A program made the position numbers and the translations under genes. Shown piece by piece: positions 29,101-36,135 of a stretch of DNA of 64,000 nt. The stretch is from an uncultured Desulfobacter sp. GTDB lineage: Bacteria; Desulfobacterota; Desulfobacteria; Desulfobacterales; Desulfobacteraceae. Where the stretch lies: the NCBI GenBank assembly GCA_963665095.1, contig OY762069.1:1216001-1280000 (forward strand), in the 5' to 3' direction. The stretch's first letter is position 1, and the number at the start of each line of letters is the position of its first letter. The notes beneath the pieces are model-generated. The model did not search any database. It was given only the letters and a program-made list of their open reading frames with translations, and had not been told where the DNA came from.

Positions 29101-30836
29101 ACGGGTTTATTGGATTGATCCCTGCCTATGATAAGATTTGAGGTCTCGATATCGCGAAGCTTGAGTGCGTCACCAATACGCCTTACAAGAGGAGTATCTG
29201 CATTGGCGGAAGGGGCAGTGCTGCCAGCCGGGTGGTTATGGACAAAATACACCTTCTGGATGCCTTTATTCGAAAAAATTTTGCCAACTAACTCCCCAGG
29301 CGCAACCGTGGCGCTGCTTATCCCGCCTTTTGAATAGGCGTGAACCTCAACAACTTGGTTTTTATCATCAACCGCTACGGTATAAGCGGTTTCATGAGGA
29401 GAATGTGCCAGATGGGATAAAAGAGAGGCGGCATCTTCATCAGAAGAAACGTTTAATCCACGATGCTGAATATTGCCTGTAGTTCTGACGCCAGTTCTGC
29501 TCTTTGCTGCCAGTCGTTTGGAGAAACCTTTTCCAGCTGCTGTCTGACCCGCTCCGCCTGTTTCTCCCTTTGGCTGTGAAAGAACCTTTCCGGACTCGGA
29601 TAGGTGGAACAGCTCAAGGTTGTCTTTTTCTGCTTTGTTCTCATTGGAAAACCCCTTTTTGGATTCTTCAATTATATCTTTTTTTTGTGTTTTTTCAAGG
29701 GTCTCTTGGTTATCTTTATCGGTTTTTTCTTCGAAATCATCTATTTTCACCGTGCTGTTTTTTGCCGAATCCGAATTTTTATTTGCTTTCCCCTTCAATG
29801 GAATCTGATGCATCTTTCCGTCCCGGGTTGAAACTGTCAGGGTATCAAACGTAATTTCCTTTCCAGCAAATCTTTTATCCCCAATATATTTTTTACCCTG
29901 GCCAGGCTTCACATAGGCAATGGTGGCATGTGGAGAGTAATCATAAGTTTGATCTGCAGGCAGAGAGATATCCGCTTCTTTCTCAATTTTTTTATTCAGG
30001 GCACGAAGTGCAGGGCTATCCACATCAACCTTGACCACGTCAAATTTATCATCTTCAAAGATGGAGACATCGCTCATTTTGACAGTGATAGGGGGGTGGG
30101 CTTCAATGATTTTGGCAATGTCGGACGGATCATTTGTTTTCAGGCCATATTTAACGGTAATGTGGGGAGCATCCTCCCGGCCGTACGAATCGTCCTGCGG
30201 ATCCGTGTAAAGGTCTTCATCAGGAATTTTTGAAGCAAAAGTCCGGATCTCTTCGGACTCTTTTGCCGGGAAATCAACCTGGGTGCTTGAATGATCGTGA
30301 ACAAATCCACCTGCTTTATCTTCAACCCCTTCCGTCGGAGCATCCTTTGTCTCAGTTGTTAAGGAATCCTTTACAACTGGCTCTTTTTTTTCTGAAGAGA
30401 TTTTGTCAACGGTTTTGTCGTTTTCTTTAACCGGGCTTAGGCCTTTATTATCAATGGTCTCAAGAGAACCTTCCGCTGTTTTGTCGGTCCTTTTGTCACT
30501 TTTATTTTCTTCCGAGCCTGGTACAAATTCGGTTTTTCCGGATTTCTGGGAGGAAGAAGGAATCTCCGTGTCAAGTTCTGTACCGGCAATATCAGATGCA
30601 AACCGGCCGGCATCAGCATCTGACATCGGGGGAGGTTCATATGCCGGTGGTTGTTCCTGCATGCCGGGAGCATCAGTCTGGGCCTGCTGATTCTGTGCAC
30701 CCTGCGGCTGCACAATCCCCCATGCAAGGATTTTAACAACACCCACAGCCACACCCGTGAACAGGCACAGCAAAGCAAAGATAAATATGGATATTCCCGC
30801 GATCTTTCCGATTTTCCACCAGTTCAAATTCTTCAA
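23190..30836 (-). CDS. 2548-aa phage polyvalent protein: TM N-terminus, 2H phosphoesterase, JAB x2, LPD3-like, HExxH metallopeptidase, PLxRFG-like C-terminal region
   Basis: TTG start with GGAGG RBS; PHIT (H225) and PHAT (H303); HNHPAG...PS..D (aa 533) and HNHISG...PS..D (aa 1244); THEVYH (aa 1018); YFPRQR..G (~aa 1694). Confidence 0.85.
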   Translation of the reverse strand: MKNLNWWKIGKIAGISIFIFALLCLFTGVAVGVVKILAWGIVQPQGAQNQQAQTDAPGMQEQPPAYEPPPMSDADAGRFASDIAGTELDTEIPSSSQKSGKTEFVPGSEENKSDKRTDKTAEGSLETIDNKGLSPVKENDKTVDKISSEKKEPVVKDSLTTETKDAPTEGVEDKAGGFVHDHSSTQVDFPAKESEEIRTFASKIPDEDLYTDPQDDSYGREDAPHITVKYGLKTNDPSDIAKIIEAHPPITVKMSDVSIFEDDKFDVVKVDVDSPALRALNKKIEKEADISLPADQTYDYSPHATIAYVKPGQGKKYIGDKRFAGKEITFDTLTVSTRDGKMHQIPLKGKANKNSDSAKNSTVKIDDFEEKTDKDNQETLEKTQKKDIIEESKKGFSNENKAEKDNLELFHLSESGKVLSQPKGETGGAGQTAAGKGFSKRLAAKSRTGVRTTGNIQHRGLNVSSDEDAASLLSHLAHSPHETAYTVAVDDKNQVVEVHAYSKGGISSATVAPGELVGKIFSNKGIQKVYFVHNHPAGSTAPSANADTPLVRRIGDALKLRDIETSNLIIGRDQSNKPVWGKFDAFGPLSQDNSVLDGEKSVSIPVKERVFKASKRGVKVTPDTVSQVLKDKESGFILADNQLNEVGYLEFLPGTSKREVAAEVLEAMDQTNATVFIPYNKDGSKTERTEFFIELARSLRDLNKHSPVMVANINGQFKEIILNESDVKEIAYINSGEAVYSTSDDLKSKPVAVLSGEEIKGATPEELFQSAKKYFREELQRKVKTVVREGLGPVRITGTGWDKTKRGLKSDPIKAKLIPAIPDIIKHGAIEPGQFSSKKKDVYRYHHISANVQIGDNLYQAGVTIGEDRHGNFYYNINHDTDLLLKIKKARNLPRIEAAGGEPLRGGDPSGSNIKSKSDSVKKKFQIDTRLGQGISLKDIQNFFKGQFVNLSPDGSISVRFKNGQGCRIKAVEHIGGNDIRYAMEIGRMDEGGVILGKYKNQIITLNQNLADGQTLTHEVYHLLTDLGIVTRSEELSLDVHRSKLIKENKYRYELLNTPEEDRANTLAQIIADREAYRDKSVFNRIIQKIMDFLDGLRYIGKSSSRKLAKEIESGKAFERKPDQANDSIEIIDLDKDLSKGVVKSGTQTQTPVPRFARIGMRETGELRVPRRTVRNVSDAAQMLSGLSEAAQEEVYLLTADKAGKVLEVHKFSKGSSGKADAHINQLSGHLLENKSAHAAYLVHNHISGNLAPSDEDRLIMRDLRLGLRLAGINVNGLVISDGRYLEFDEYHVGGAQKIKQLPAKSTVPVSERRILSREPQNPISIKDAWAAMERFEGEQDGILLTDEGHREVVFIPFKKGETIREAARDILTKASGVNAVQAVINMQTFANTNRNKLYERLAEGLTTQGISVNDIITTNPFGRLISMRDTNQLPAPNVNGMRALDSDEALYQTSQDILTPTEGEKKKTYSQIAAGLKGVLENRKNMGPDYKEDIGVVENVLGLMSHYSEKIPALKLAFEELLKRPEWKFQKENELFKNGEESMIGTIEDLQKHDKATYSELKEYLVDRDIYQIGNLVMEGEPGEWKVYSAKDERTGKRKLLKSGFRSKAEARTWSINYEVDEYDNPAGRDALRAFRNMTANLHDFYAESWESIIKEYEARGLTLPDVVIRTKSGEVRIDLKVALAKMGERSSYYFPRQRSNGDWRVYSKKDGEHDVIEYRDFKKTADFLAGKMKALGYEVEVKKVGSMSEDVYQNIKNILSTQAMVNQALSETKMDVKTRNLADLGLRGRWRGDSYYMPNGGVYEWSASVLEKLGGREYSDKGRSGNSWSPGYWFENAPKDIEEIVTNALYAARGQETDVSFEIAQSLVNQLADTLRARGSRARMISRSDAVGKDVPIGYETDPLKAIAQAVNSAAGGFAKQQVALNTSKAITGQHYSWDEWQKQHKDYETLTAAEDHLKNLQRNSRTEEERIAEIDREIKQLQRERAGVKTESEKSRQDRLFRIGTLFREKEKIRKWKDDKQAADAHQEIARLRGNIHREYREYIQTHMIDPKRQKRAYTDVVNAVENVLKNDEAGDRVINTLKGLASVWFLGGRLSSAAINLTALGTTVPAAMDAYGGIPLQRTVQHVVKAGKTYASFVTGKGVVSKADRAVLEDIFSRGWVAAQLNMETVNALKSGPAQKYGRAVELLMTPFKITEEFNRGVTILAAYKGIIAENPGMNKEEALMKAKKVSDRAHGIYGVENQPALLRKGRGLRAASAMYIFQTFIHNYFTTLSYMIGRKQAGAAAYMMLSPMVFGGAASSILLPAVKLIFKAMREDDPEEKIYQLAEQLFGETGEDIARYGLPGLAGVSLKGSLAPGLPDFEEPLDALGPIGGMMRNIYQGAENITHGDYLKGIEKITPLAMGNVAKAYREATKGVTTRAGDPVFFGNEQIKGDLGTGLMRAAGMNPTKIAKPREIQWNETTLKRQYTERKRMLYSRIIHYHALPVSKKDPSEWRDIIMDIQRFNARVKSNRLDDVVPLITERTIKNRIKMAFRPSKRERART

Positions 30837-30845
30837 TCCTGCCTC

Positions 30846-31568
30846 CTAATCCTCCAAGTTAAAAGCCGAACCACCCTGGGTGGTTTCCAGCCAAGGGCGT
30901 TGGGTTAAAATTGTGTGAACCATCCCGCCCAGCAGCCCCACCACCGGGAAGTCCTCATACTTTCCGTTTTCAGCATCTTCCTGGCGGATGGCCTGGGCAT
31001 AGGATGAAAGATTCTGGTGACCGTTTACATCCAGATAGACGGGGCTCCGGAGCTGTGGATTCCGGGCCCGGAACAACTGCCGGATATACAGGGGGAAAGA
31101 ATGTTTCTCTCCGAAGTCAACCGGCGGCTTTATGTAAATTCCCTGGCCCTCACCGTGTTTTTCCTCAAGCTTAACGCTGGTTCTGGACACCAGGGGCTGA
31201 AACCGGTCAGGGTCTCCTATCCACCATGGCAGGATCCGGGAGTCCTTTCCAAAACCATACTTGACCCGCAGCCGAAGTAAGATCTGAAACAGCGCAAAGA
31301 CTTCTTTCTCTTCAGCGGCTTCCAATATCTTGAAAACAGGCAGCCCATTAACCATGACAATACCAATAACGATAACAATACCGGCAGATGAAACAGACGG
31401 ATAGGCGATCCCGCCAATGATATCGCTATACCGTTCAGCGGCTTCCATGTTCCAGAACACTGGATTTTTCAGGGTAAAATCCTGGCCGTAAACCGTGGCC
31501 CAGTCCTTCCGGGCCTGCTCGGTATGTTCCATATGGTGATCTTGTTCAACGCGGATGACACATTCCAT
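30846..31568 (-). CDS. Phage protein coupled to terL, possibly a degenerate RNase H-like fold
   Basis: Start overlaps terL stop; beta-rich IIGGIAYP...GIVIVIG...FKILEA segment; fold is inference. Confidence 0.6.
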   Translation of the reverse strand: MECVIRVEQDHHMEHTEQARKDWATVYGQDFTLKNPVFWNMEAAERYSDIIGGIAYPSVSSAGIVIVIGIVMVNGLPVFKILEAAEEKEVFALFQILLRLRVKYGFGKDSRILPWWIGDPDRFQPLVSRTSVKLEEKHGEGQGIYIKPPVDFGEKHSFPLYIRQLFRARNPQLRSPVYLDVNGHQNLSSYAQAIRQEDAENGKYEDFPVVGLLGGMVHTILTQRPWLETTQGGSAFNLED

Positions 31569-33193
31569 TAGAACAGTCCTCCAAAGAAACCAGTCGGTGC
31601 AAAAGTGAGAATGACTGACTCCAGTTCATCCGGAGAATGCTGAAGAAGTTTTTTCATATCGGGCTTTCGCATGATCCGGACCTTGCCATCATCCGTGTTA
31701 TAAGTGGGAATAAGTGCCTGTTCAATAAGCCGTTCATCAGGTGGAAGCATAGCTGTATCATCAGTACGAAGCCATTCCCTGAATGCCCAGTAAAGCTGGT
31801 CCCGAAGAATGCCAAACTCACCCATTTCAGTCTTTTCTGTGGGTGAGTTGGCAACTTTTATTGAATGGGCAATGACTGCATCCTCAGCATCCATCATACC
31901 TTGAGCCACCCCGGCCCCGACGCCGGTACCGTCCACATTAGCATGGGTTAGATTACCGGTTTTTATGTAGTCGGCAGCCGCCTTTCTGGCTGTTACTGTG
32001 GGATCTACTCCCTCCCATTTTTTCAGGGGTGGAACAAATCCTCCATACCGTCTGGCAGCACAGTTTTTATCCAGGCCCTGCTCAGCAACATCCAAACCCA
32101 TAACCCCCACAGCTCCCTTAGGAGGAGCCTCACCGAACTGTGCAACATACTGGTCATACCTCAGCCGTGCCCGGTCCACCCACTCGGCAGAAATTAACTG
32201 TTCTTCGGATTGTGCAGGATATCGTCCCAGAACCATGTATGAAAAAGCGGGATTGATTATCTTATATGTCCCGGCCTGCAAAGGCGGATATAATCGATTA
32301 TCCCCAGTTCGCTTAGCCTGGGCTCCAACAAGAAAATCTGGCAGCTCATAACAGGAATACTCTGAATAAGTCTCGTCCGGAGCTAAAGGACGGGTCCATT
32401 CATTTATTCGGCGGACCGTAACTGCCCTGGATACGGCGCCGGGGATGATGTCTTTGCCTGTCAAGACGTTGGGATGGTTAAACGCTGTCAAAGACACTAT
32501 ATTCGCGGTTTTGTCCCGCTCCATCCGGTGAGGAGTCCCAGCCGCTGCCCTGGGATTGAACATAATCAACATTCGGACATGCCCACCGGTCATGCATGAT
32601 TCAGTGCCTTTGTATACTTCATCTGGGATAGCATCCCCTTCATCAAAGATAAAAAGCATGTACGGTGCATGCTTGCCTGAAAACTTGGCTTCCCTTTCCG
32701 CTGGTGTGCCGGATGAAGGAATTGCAACCCCCTTCATAAACTCCAAAGAATTACGTTTGACTTCCAGATTTTTTACAGTGTCCCCTACGGTCAATTGTGG
32801 ATAGTTGTAAATCAGATATCCGATTTCTCCCCACAACAGTGTCTGAAGATTCTCCTTAGGCGGGGCGGCAGCCGTATAGACCTGGGCCCCGGGAAAGCAC
32901 TTGTAAAACCAAAAAGCCACTCTGGCCGCGGCATGAGTTTTTCCTGTAGCATTGGCAGACTTGGCAATAGTGATGACGTTATCTCTGACAGAATTCATCA
33001 TTGCCTGGACATCATCAGTGAAAGCTTCTCCCAGCTCATCAACGCAAAAACCATGAGGATCTTGCTGATAAGCCAAAAGCGCTGGATCAACACCGGGATT
33101 ATCCAGGCGCGATAACACTGTTTCTGGATCAAACAGAGAAAGGATCGAATCAACGATCTCTGGCTGATATGTCTCGAAAACGGCATTATTCAT
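31568..33193 (-). CDS. terL: Terminase large subunit
   Basis: Walker A SANATGKT, FSGKHA, Walker B FIFDEG, MFNP, nuclease motif MGLDVAEQGLD, VDGTGVGAGV, HSPD. Confidence 0.88.
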   Translation of the reverse strand: MNNAVFETYQPEIVDSILSLFDPETVLSRLDNPGVDPALLAYQQDPHGFCVDELGEAFTDDVQAMMNSVRDNVITIAKSANATGKTHAAARVAFWFYKCFPGAQVYTAAAPPKENLQTLLWGEIGYLIYNYPQLTVGDTVKNLEVKRNSLEFMKGVAIPSSGTPAEREAKFSGKHAPYMLFIFDEGDAIPDEVYKGTESCMTGGHVRMLIMFNPRAAAGTPHRMERDKTANIVSLTAFNHPNVLTGKDIIPGAVSRAVTVRRINEWTRPLAPDETYSEYSCYELPDFLVGAQAKRTGDNRLYPPLQAGTYKIINPAFSYMVLGRYPAQSEEQLISAEWVDRARLRYDQYVAQFGEAPPKGAVGVMGLDVAEQGLDKNCAARRYGGFVPPLKKWEGVDPTVTARKAAADYIKTGNLTHANVDGTGVGAGVAQGMMDAEDAVIAHSIKVANSPTEKTEMGEFGILRDQLYWAFREWLRTDDTAMLPPDERLIEQALIPTYNTDDGKVRIMRKPDMKKLLQHSPDELESVILTFAPTGFFGGLF

Positions 33194-33851
33194 CGTCTTG
33201 ACTCTTCACTGTCTGGGAGATTTTCTCTCTAAGGGCTTCCCTTACTGGTTCGGGAAGGGCTCGAAGGATTTCATCTAAAGCAGATTCCCTGCGCTGAAGG
33301 TTGTCTTTTTCAAAAAGGCCCTGATACTTAGCCAGAGCTTCCCTTGCAGAATCGCCCTTGTCCCATTTTATAGTTACAAGGGATTCTTCGGTTGTCTCAA
33401 TTCCGTCTTCACCATCCTCCAGGTCCACCTTTCGAATTTTGGTGTCCAGGCGATGGACCTTTATTTCGGTTACCGCAGCAGCCGTATCGCGGTTCATTCG
33501 GTGCAAAGGTTTGATATTCCCATCTGCATTGATAAGGCTTCTCGGATCAAAGTAAGCCCTTCTTGCAAAAGCTCGTAGTGTCCGCTCTGGCGTAATTTCC
33601 AGCTTCTCCGCTATCTCGGCTTTCCTTTTGTCTAAATAGGCTATAACCTTAACATTTCTTAACAATCTTGCTGCAGCAGAAGCGGCTGTGGAATCTTTTA
33701 CAACATTGGGGTAGGCTACTTTGTAGGCACGGGTCCCATTGAAATCAATGAGGTATTCCTCACAAAAGAGAATTCGCTTATCGGTAAGACCCTTCGCCAT
33801 TATTTTCGTTTCCGTTTGAGGATCCGCCACCAACGCTCGATCTTCCGGCAA
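33186..33851 (-). CDS. terS: Terminase small subunit (start may be ATG at 33800)
   Basis: LTDKRILFCEEYLIDFNGTRAY...AARLL..V.V; immediately upstream of terL. Confidence 0.85.
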   Translation of the reverse strand: MPEDRALVADPQTETKIMAKGLTDKRILFCEEYLIDFNGTRAYKVAYPNVVKDSTAASAAARLLRNVKVIAYLDKRKAEIAEKLEITPERTLRAFARRAYFDPRSLINADGNIKPLHRMNRDTAAAVTEIKVHRLDTKIRKVDLEDGEDGIETTEESLVTIKWDKGDSAREALAKYQGLFEKDNLQRRESALDEILRALPEPVREALREKISQTVKSQDDE

Positions 33852-33893
33852 AGCTGCGGCGTGAAGTTAACCGTCAAAGAGAGCTTAAACTCC

Positions 33894-34196
33894 TTAAACG
33901 GCAGACGTTTCAGTGGATTTCTCATCGTCAACCACTACGTCCCGGTCGCTGTCACTTATGCTTGAAACCTTACGCACAGATGTGGCAAGGATGCCGATAG
34001 CAAAATCGTCCAGCTTATTGCTGGTTTTGGCGGCCTCAATCTCTGCACGGTCGAGCAAATCCTCAATGAAATTCTTCAATTCATCCCCGGTAAGCGCTGC
34101 GCAAACCGCAGTCAGCACCGTGGTCAAACCAGTTACCGCCACGTTTTTAACTGCAGTGGTGGTGGCCTCTGAAATCGCGTCTGTTAATGTGCTCAT
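33894..34196 (-). CDS. Phage hypothetical protein, possibly holin-associated
   Basis: AAGGA RBS; KTSNKLDD motif; late operon position. Confidence 0.55.
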   Translation of the reverse strand: MSTLTDAISEATTTAVKNVAVTGLTTVLTAVCAALTGDELKNFIEDLLDRAEIEAAKTSNKLDDFAIGILATSVRKVSSISDSDRDVVVDDEKSTETSAV

Positions 34197-34207
34197 TTAA
34201 GTTTCCT

Positions 34208-34402
34208 TTACTTGTTGTCTGGCAGAACCTTCCGCCGGTTCTCCAACTCGGTGATAACCTCCACCACCTCATCATCAATGGTTGTCTTTGTCCTTTTGGC
34301 TATCACCTTAAAAACTCCCCAGGCGAAGCCAAGTATTAGCCAGTGAGCATTGAGGACCTTAAAAACAAACCCTGATGAATCAAAAAAAAGCCATTCCATC
34401 AT
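34208..34402 (-). CDS. Small membrane protein, holin-like
   Basis: GGGAG RBS; hydrophobic segment then KRTKTTIDD. Confidence 0.5.
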   Translation of the reverse strand: MMEWLFFDSSGFVFKVLNAHWLILGFAWGVFKVIAKRTKTTIDDEVVEVITELENRRKVLPDNK

Positions 34403-34464
34403 ACAATCTCCCCTTCACAAGTGTTTCAGGCTACGGAGCAGGACAACGACAACCTGTCTTGCTT

Positions 34465-34653
34465 CTATTTGAGGCTCAACTCATAAAGGGTCTCCTTAAT
34501 TACCAAGGCTTCTTCTGGCGACACCAAATGCATGTGTTTTAAATCTGGCTCCTTCTCATAGCCCTCATAAACGGATTGGTGAAAGATCTCTTCCCTCTTG
34601 GGAGGATTGTTTTCCGTTGGCCATATCCCATACCCAGGGAGAGATACAAACAT
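34465..34653 (-). CDS. Phage hypothetical protein
   Basis: AAGGAG RBS; co-oriented within the late operon. Confidence 0.5.
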   Translation of the reverse strand: MFVSLPGYGIWPTENNPPKREEIFHQSVYEGYEKEPDLKHMHLVSPEEALVIKETLYELSLK

Positions 34654-34658
34654 TCTCC

Positions 34659-35006
34659 TTACCCCTCGTCCTTATCCCCAAGCAAAACCTTATGCCGTTC
34701 CAGGACCTTCTCATGCTGATCCGTACGGGCATAAAGCTCTTTGAATTTCTCGGCCGTTCCGTTCTTATCAGCAAACCGTTCAGCAAGGGTTTCCCGGCAT
34801 GTGGTCTGCTTGGACAAAAACTCTTTTTGGTTGGAAATGATATCGTTGAGCTGCCTTTTCCCCAGCCATGCGACCAGGGCAAGAAGAATGGTGATCACCC
34901 CAAACCCGATCATAATAAGAACAGCTTCGGGAGTCCACGCGGAAGAGGCCCCGGGCGCCTGCACCTGGACTTGCGGAAGAGTGGCGGTTAGGAAAAGTAA
35001 TGGCAT
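34659..35006 (-). CDS. Membrane-anchored coiled-coil protein, first late gene
   Basis: TM helix followed by a heptad-rich C-terminus. Confidence 0.6.
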   Translation of the reverse strand: MPLLFLTATLPQVQVQAPGASSAWTPEAVLIMIGFGVITILLALVAWLGKRQLNDIISNQKEFLSKQTTCRETLAERFADKNGTAEKFKELYARTDQHEKVLERHKVLLGDKDEG

Positions 35007-35152
35007 GACCCTTTTCCTATTGGGCGGTGGCGGTTTAATCCGGCAGGCAGGCGGGAGGCTTCAGGCGCCCGGGGGAAAATCGGTTGGTTTAAATCATCTG
35101 TTCTCACCCTCTAAATCTCCATATATAAAAAATCTGGAACTTAATGGGTGGG

Positions 35153-35272
35153 ATTTTGCGGGGTTATTTGGCGGGCGTCAAACGGGGGGAGCGGATCATT
35201 ACAGTATCATCGTAGCTCATTACCGTATCATGACGGATCATCGTGGGTAAAAATCGGATCATCGTGGATCAT
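35153..35272 (-). promoter_or_regulatory. Putative activator-dependent late promoter with helically phased upstream repeats
   Basis: Minus strand TTGACG (35176-35181), 17 bp, CAAAAT (35153-35158); plus-strand TCAT cores at 35196, 35207, 35217, 35228, 35238, 35259, 35269. Confidence 0.6.
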
Positions 35273-35485
35273 TTTTTCACAACGATCAAGAATCTGCTTT
35301 GTTTTTTCGTCTATGAGGTCAATTTCTTTCCTGTAAGAGCTTAATTTTTTATCGTAATAGTTAAAACCACCAGGCAAATTGGTTATCGCGTCTATAAGGG
35401 TTTGACGTTGACGTTGATAGCCACGGACAGCGGCTACATGTGCTTGTATTCCATCTAACACGGTCATTTCTGTTTCCTTTGCCAC
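35228..35485 (-). CDS. Phage hypothetical protein
   Basis: Open 85-aa frame overlapping the HTH gene stop; 3' end runs through the phased repeats. Confidence 0.45.
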   Translation of the reverse strand: MAKETEMTVLDGIQAHVAAVRGYQRQRQTLIDAITNLPGGFNYYDKKLSSYRKEIDLIDEKTKQILDRCEKMIHDDPIFTHDDPS

Positions 35486-35706
35486 TCATCCATCTCACTT
35501 GGAAAGGCTCTAACCACGCCACCCCCTGGCCGCTTAACAGGTAATCCTATTCTAGCCCATCTCTTTGCAGTTGGCACAGACACACGGAGATACGCGGCAA
35601 TTTCCTTCCAGGTTACCTTAGCTTCCGTCTCTTCCTGACTGGTGGTGTCTTGCATATTCCTTTCCTCTTCCCTCATAACAACCGTTTCTGAGCCATAATA
35701 AGCCAC
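35464..35706 (-). CDS. Excisionase/MerR-like HTH DNA-binding protein (start likely ~35655, MQDTT)
   Basis: WKEIAAYLRVSVPTAKRWARIGLPV...VRAFPSEMDEW. Confidence 0.7.
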   Translation of the reverse strand: MAYYGSETVVMREEERNMQDTTSQEETEAKVTWKEIAAYLRVSVPTAKRWARIGLPVKRPGGGVVRAFPSEMDEWQRKQK

Positions 35707-35832
35707 CGCCGTGGGATAACAGCTTGGGAATGAGCAAGGGGCCTTCTACCACTATGCCACCTAACCATTTTCCAGTTCCTTAGCATCCACCGATATTTTC
35801 CATTTTTCCAAAACTGACGTAATAGAGACATT

Positions 35833-36135
35833 CTATCGTCTAAATGCCTTATTGAGGTGTCCTGCATATTCCTCTTCTCTCCTGCGAACCGTTACAGACT
35901 TAGAGTCTTCATGCTGAATGACTTTAAATTTATTGCCCATTATTTTTTTGAACCATTTAAGCGGCTTGTCCTGGGGGTGGGGGAATAAAGCAAATTCCCC
36001 TGTAGGTAAGGTCTTTGGATACGTACTCTGCCACAGATCCATGATCACATAATCGTCAATTTGACAGCATTGCCCAGGAGACATGCTTAAAGCTATCTTC
36101 AACTGGGCAATTGATCTTTCTTCGGGTTTTGACAT
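35833..36135 (-). CDS. Phage hypothetical protein
   Basis: Start overlaps upstream stop; GGAG RBS. Confidence 0.5.
   Translation of the reverse strand: MSKPEERSIAQLKIALSMSPGQCCQIDDYVIMDLWQSTYPKTLPTGEFALFPHPQDKPLKWFKKIMGNKFKVIQHEDSKSVTVRRREEEYAGHLNKAFRR

Noticed and set aside
27000..29450. CBASS operon suggested by JAB domains
   Set aside because: No CD-NTase, E1/E2 or effector gene nearby; the JABs are internal domains of one phage protein
33894..35006. Complete lysis cassette
   Set aside because: Holin-like small membrane ORFs are present but no amidase, lysozyme or peptidase motif for an endolysin was found
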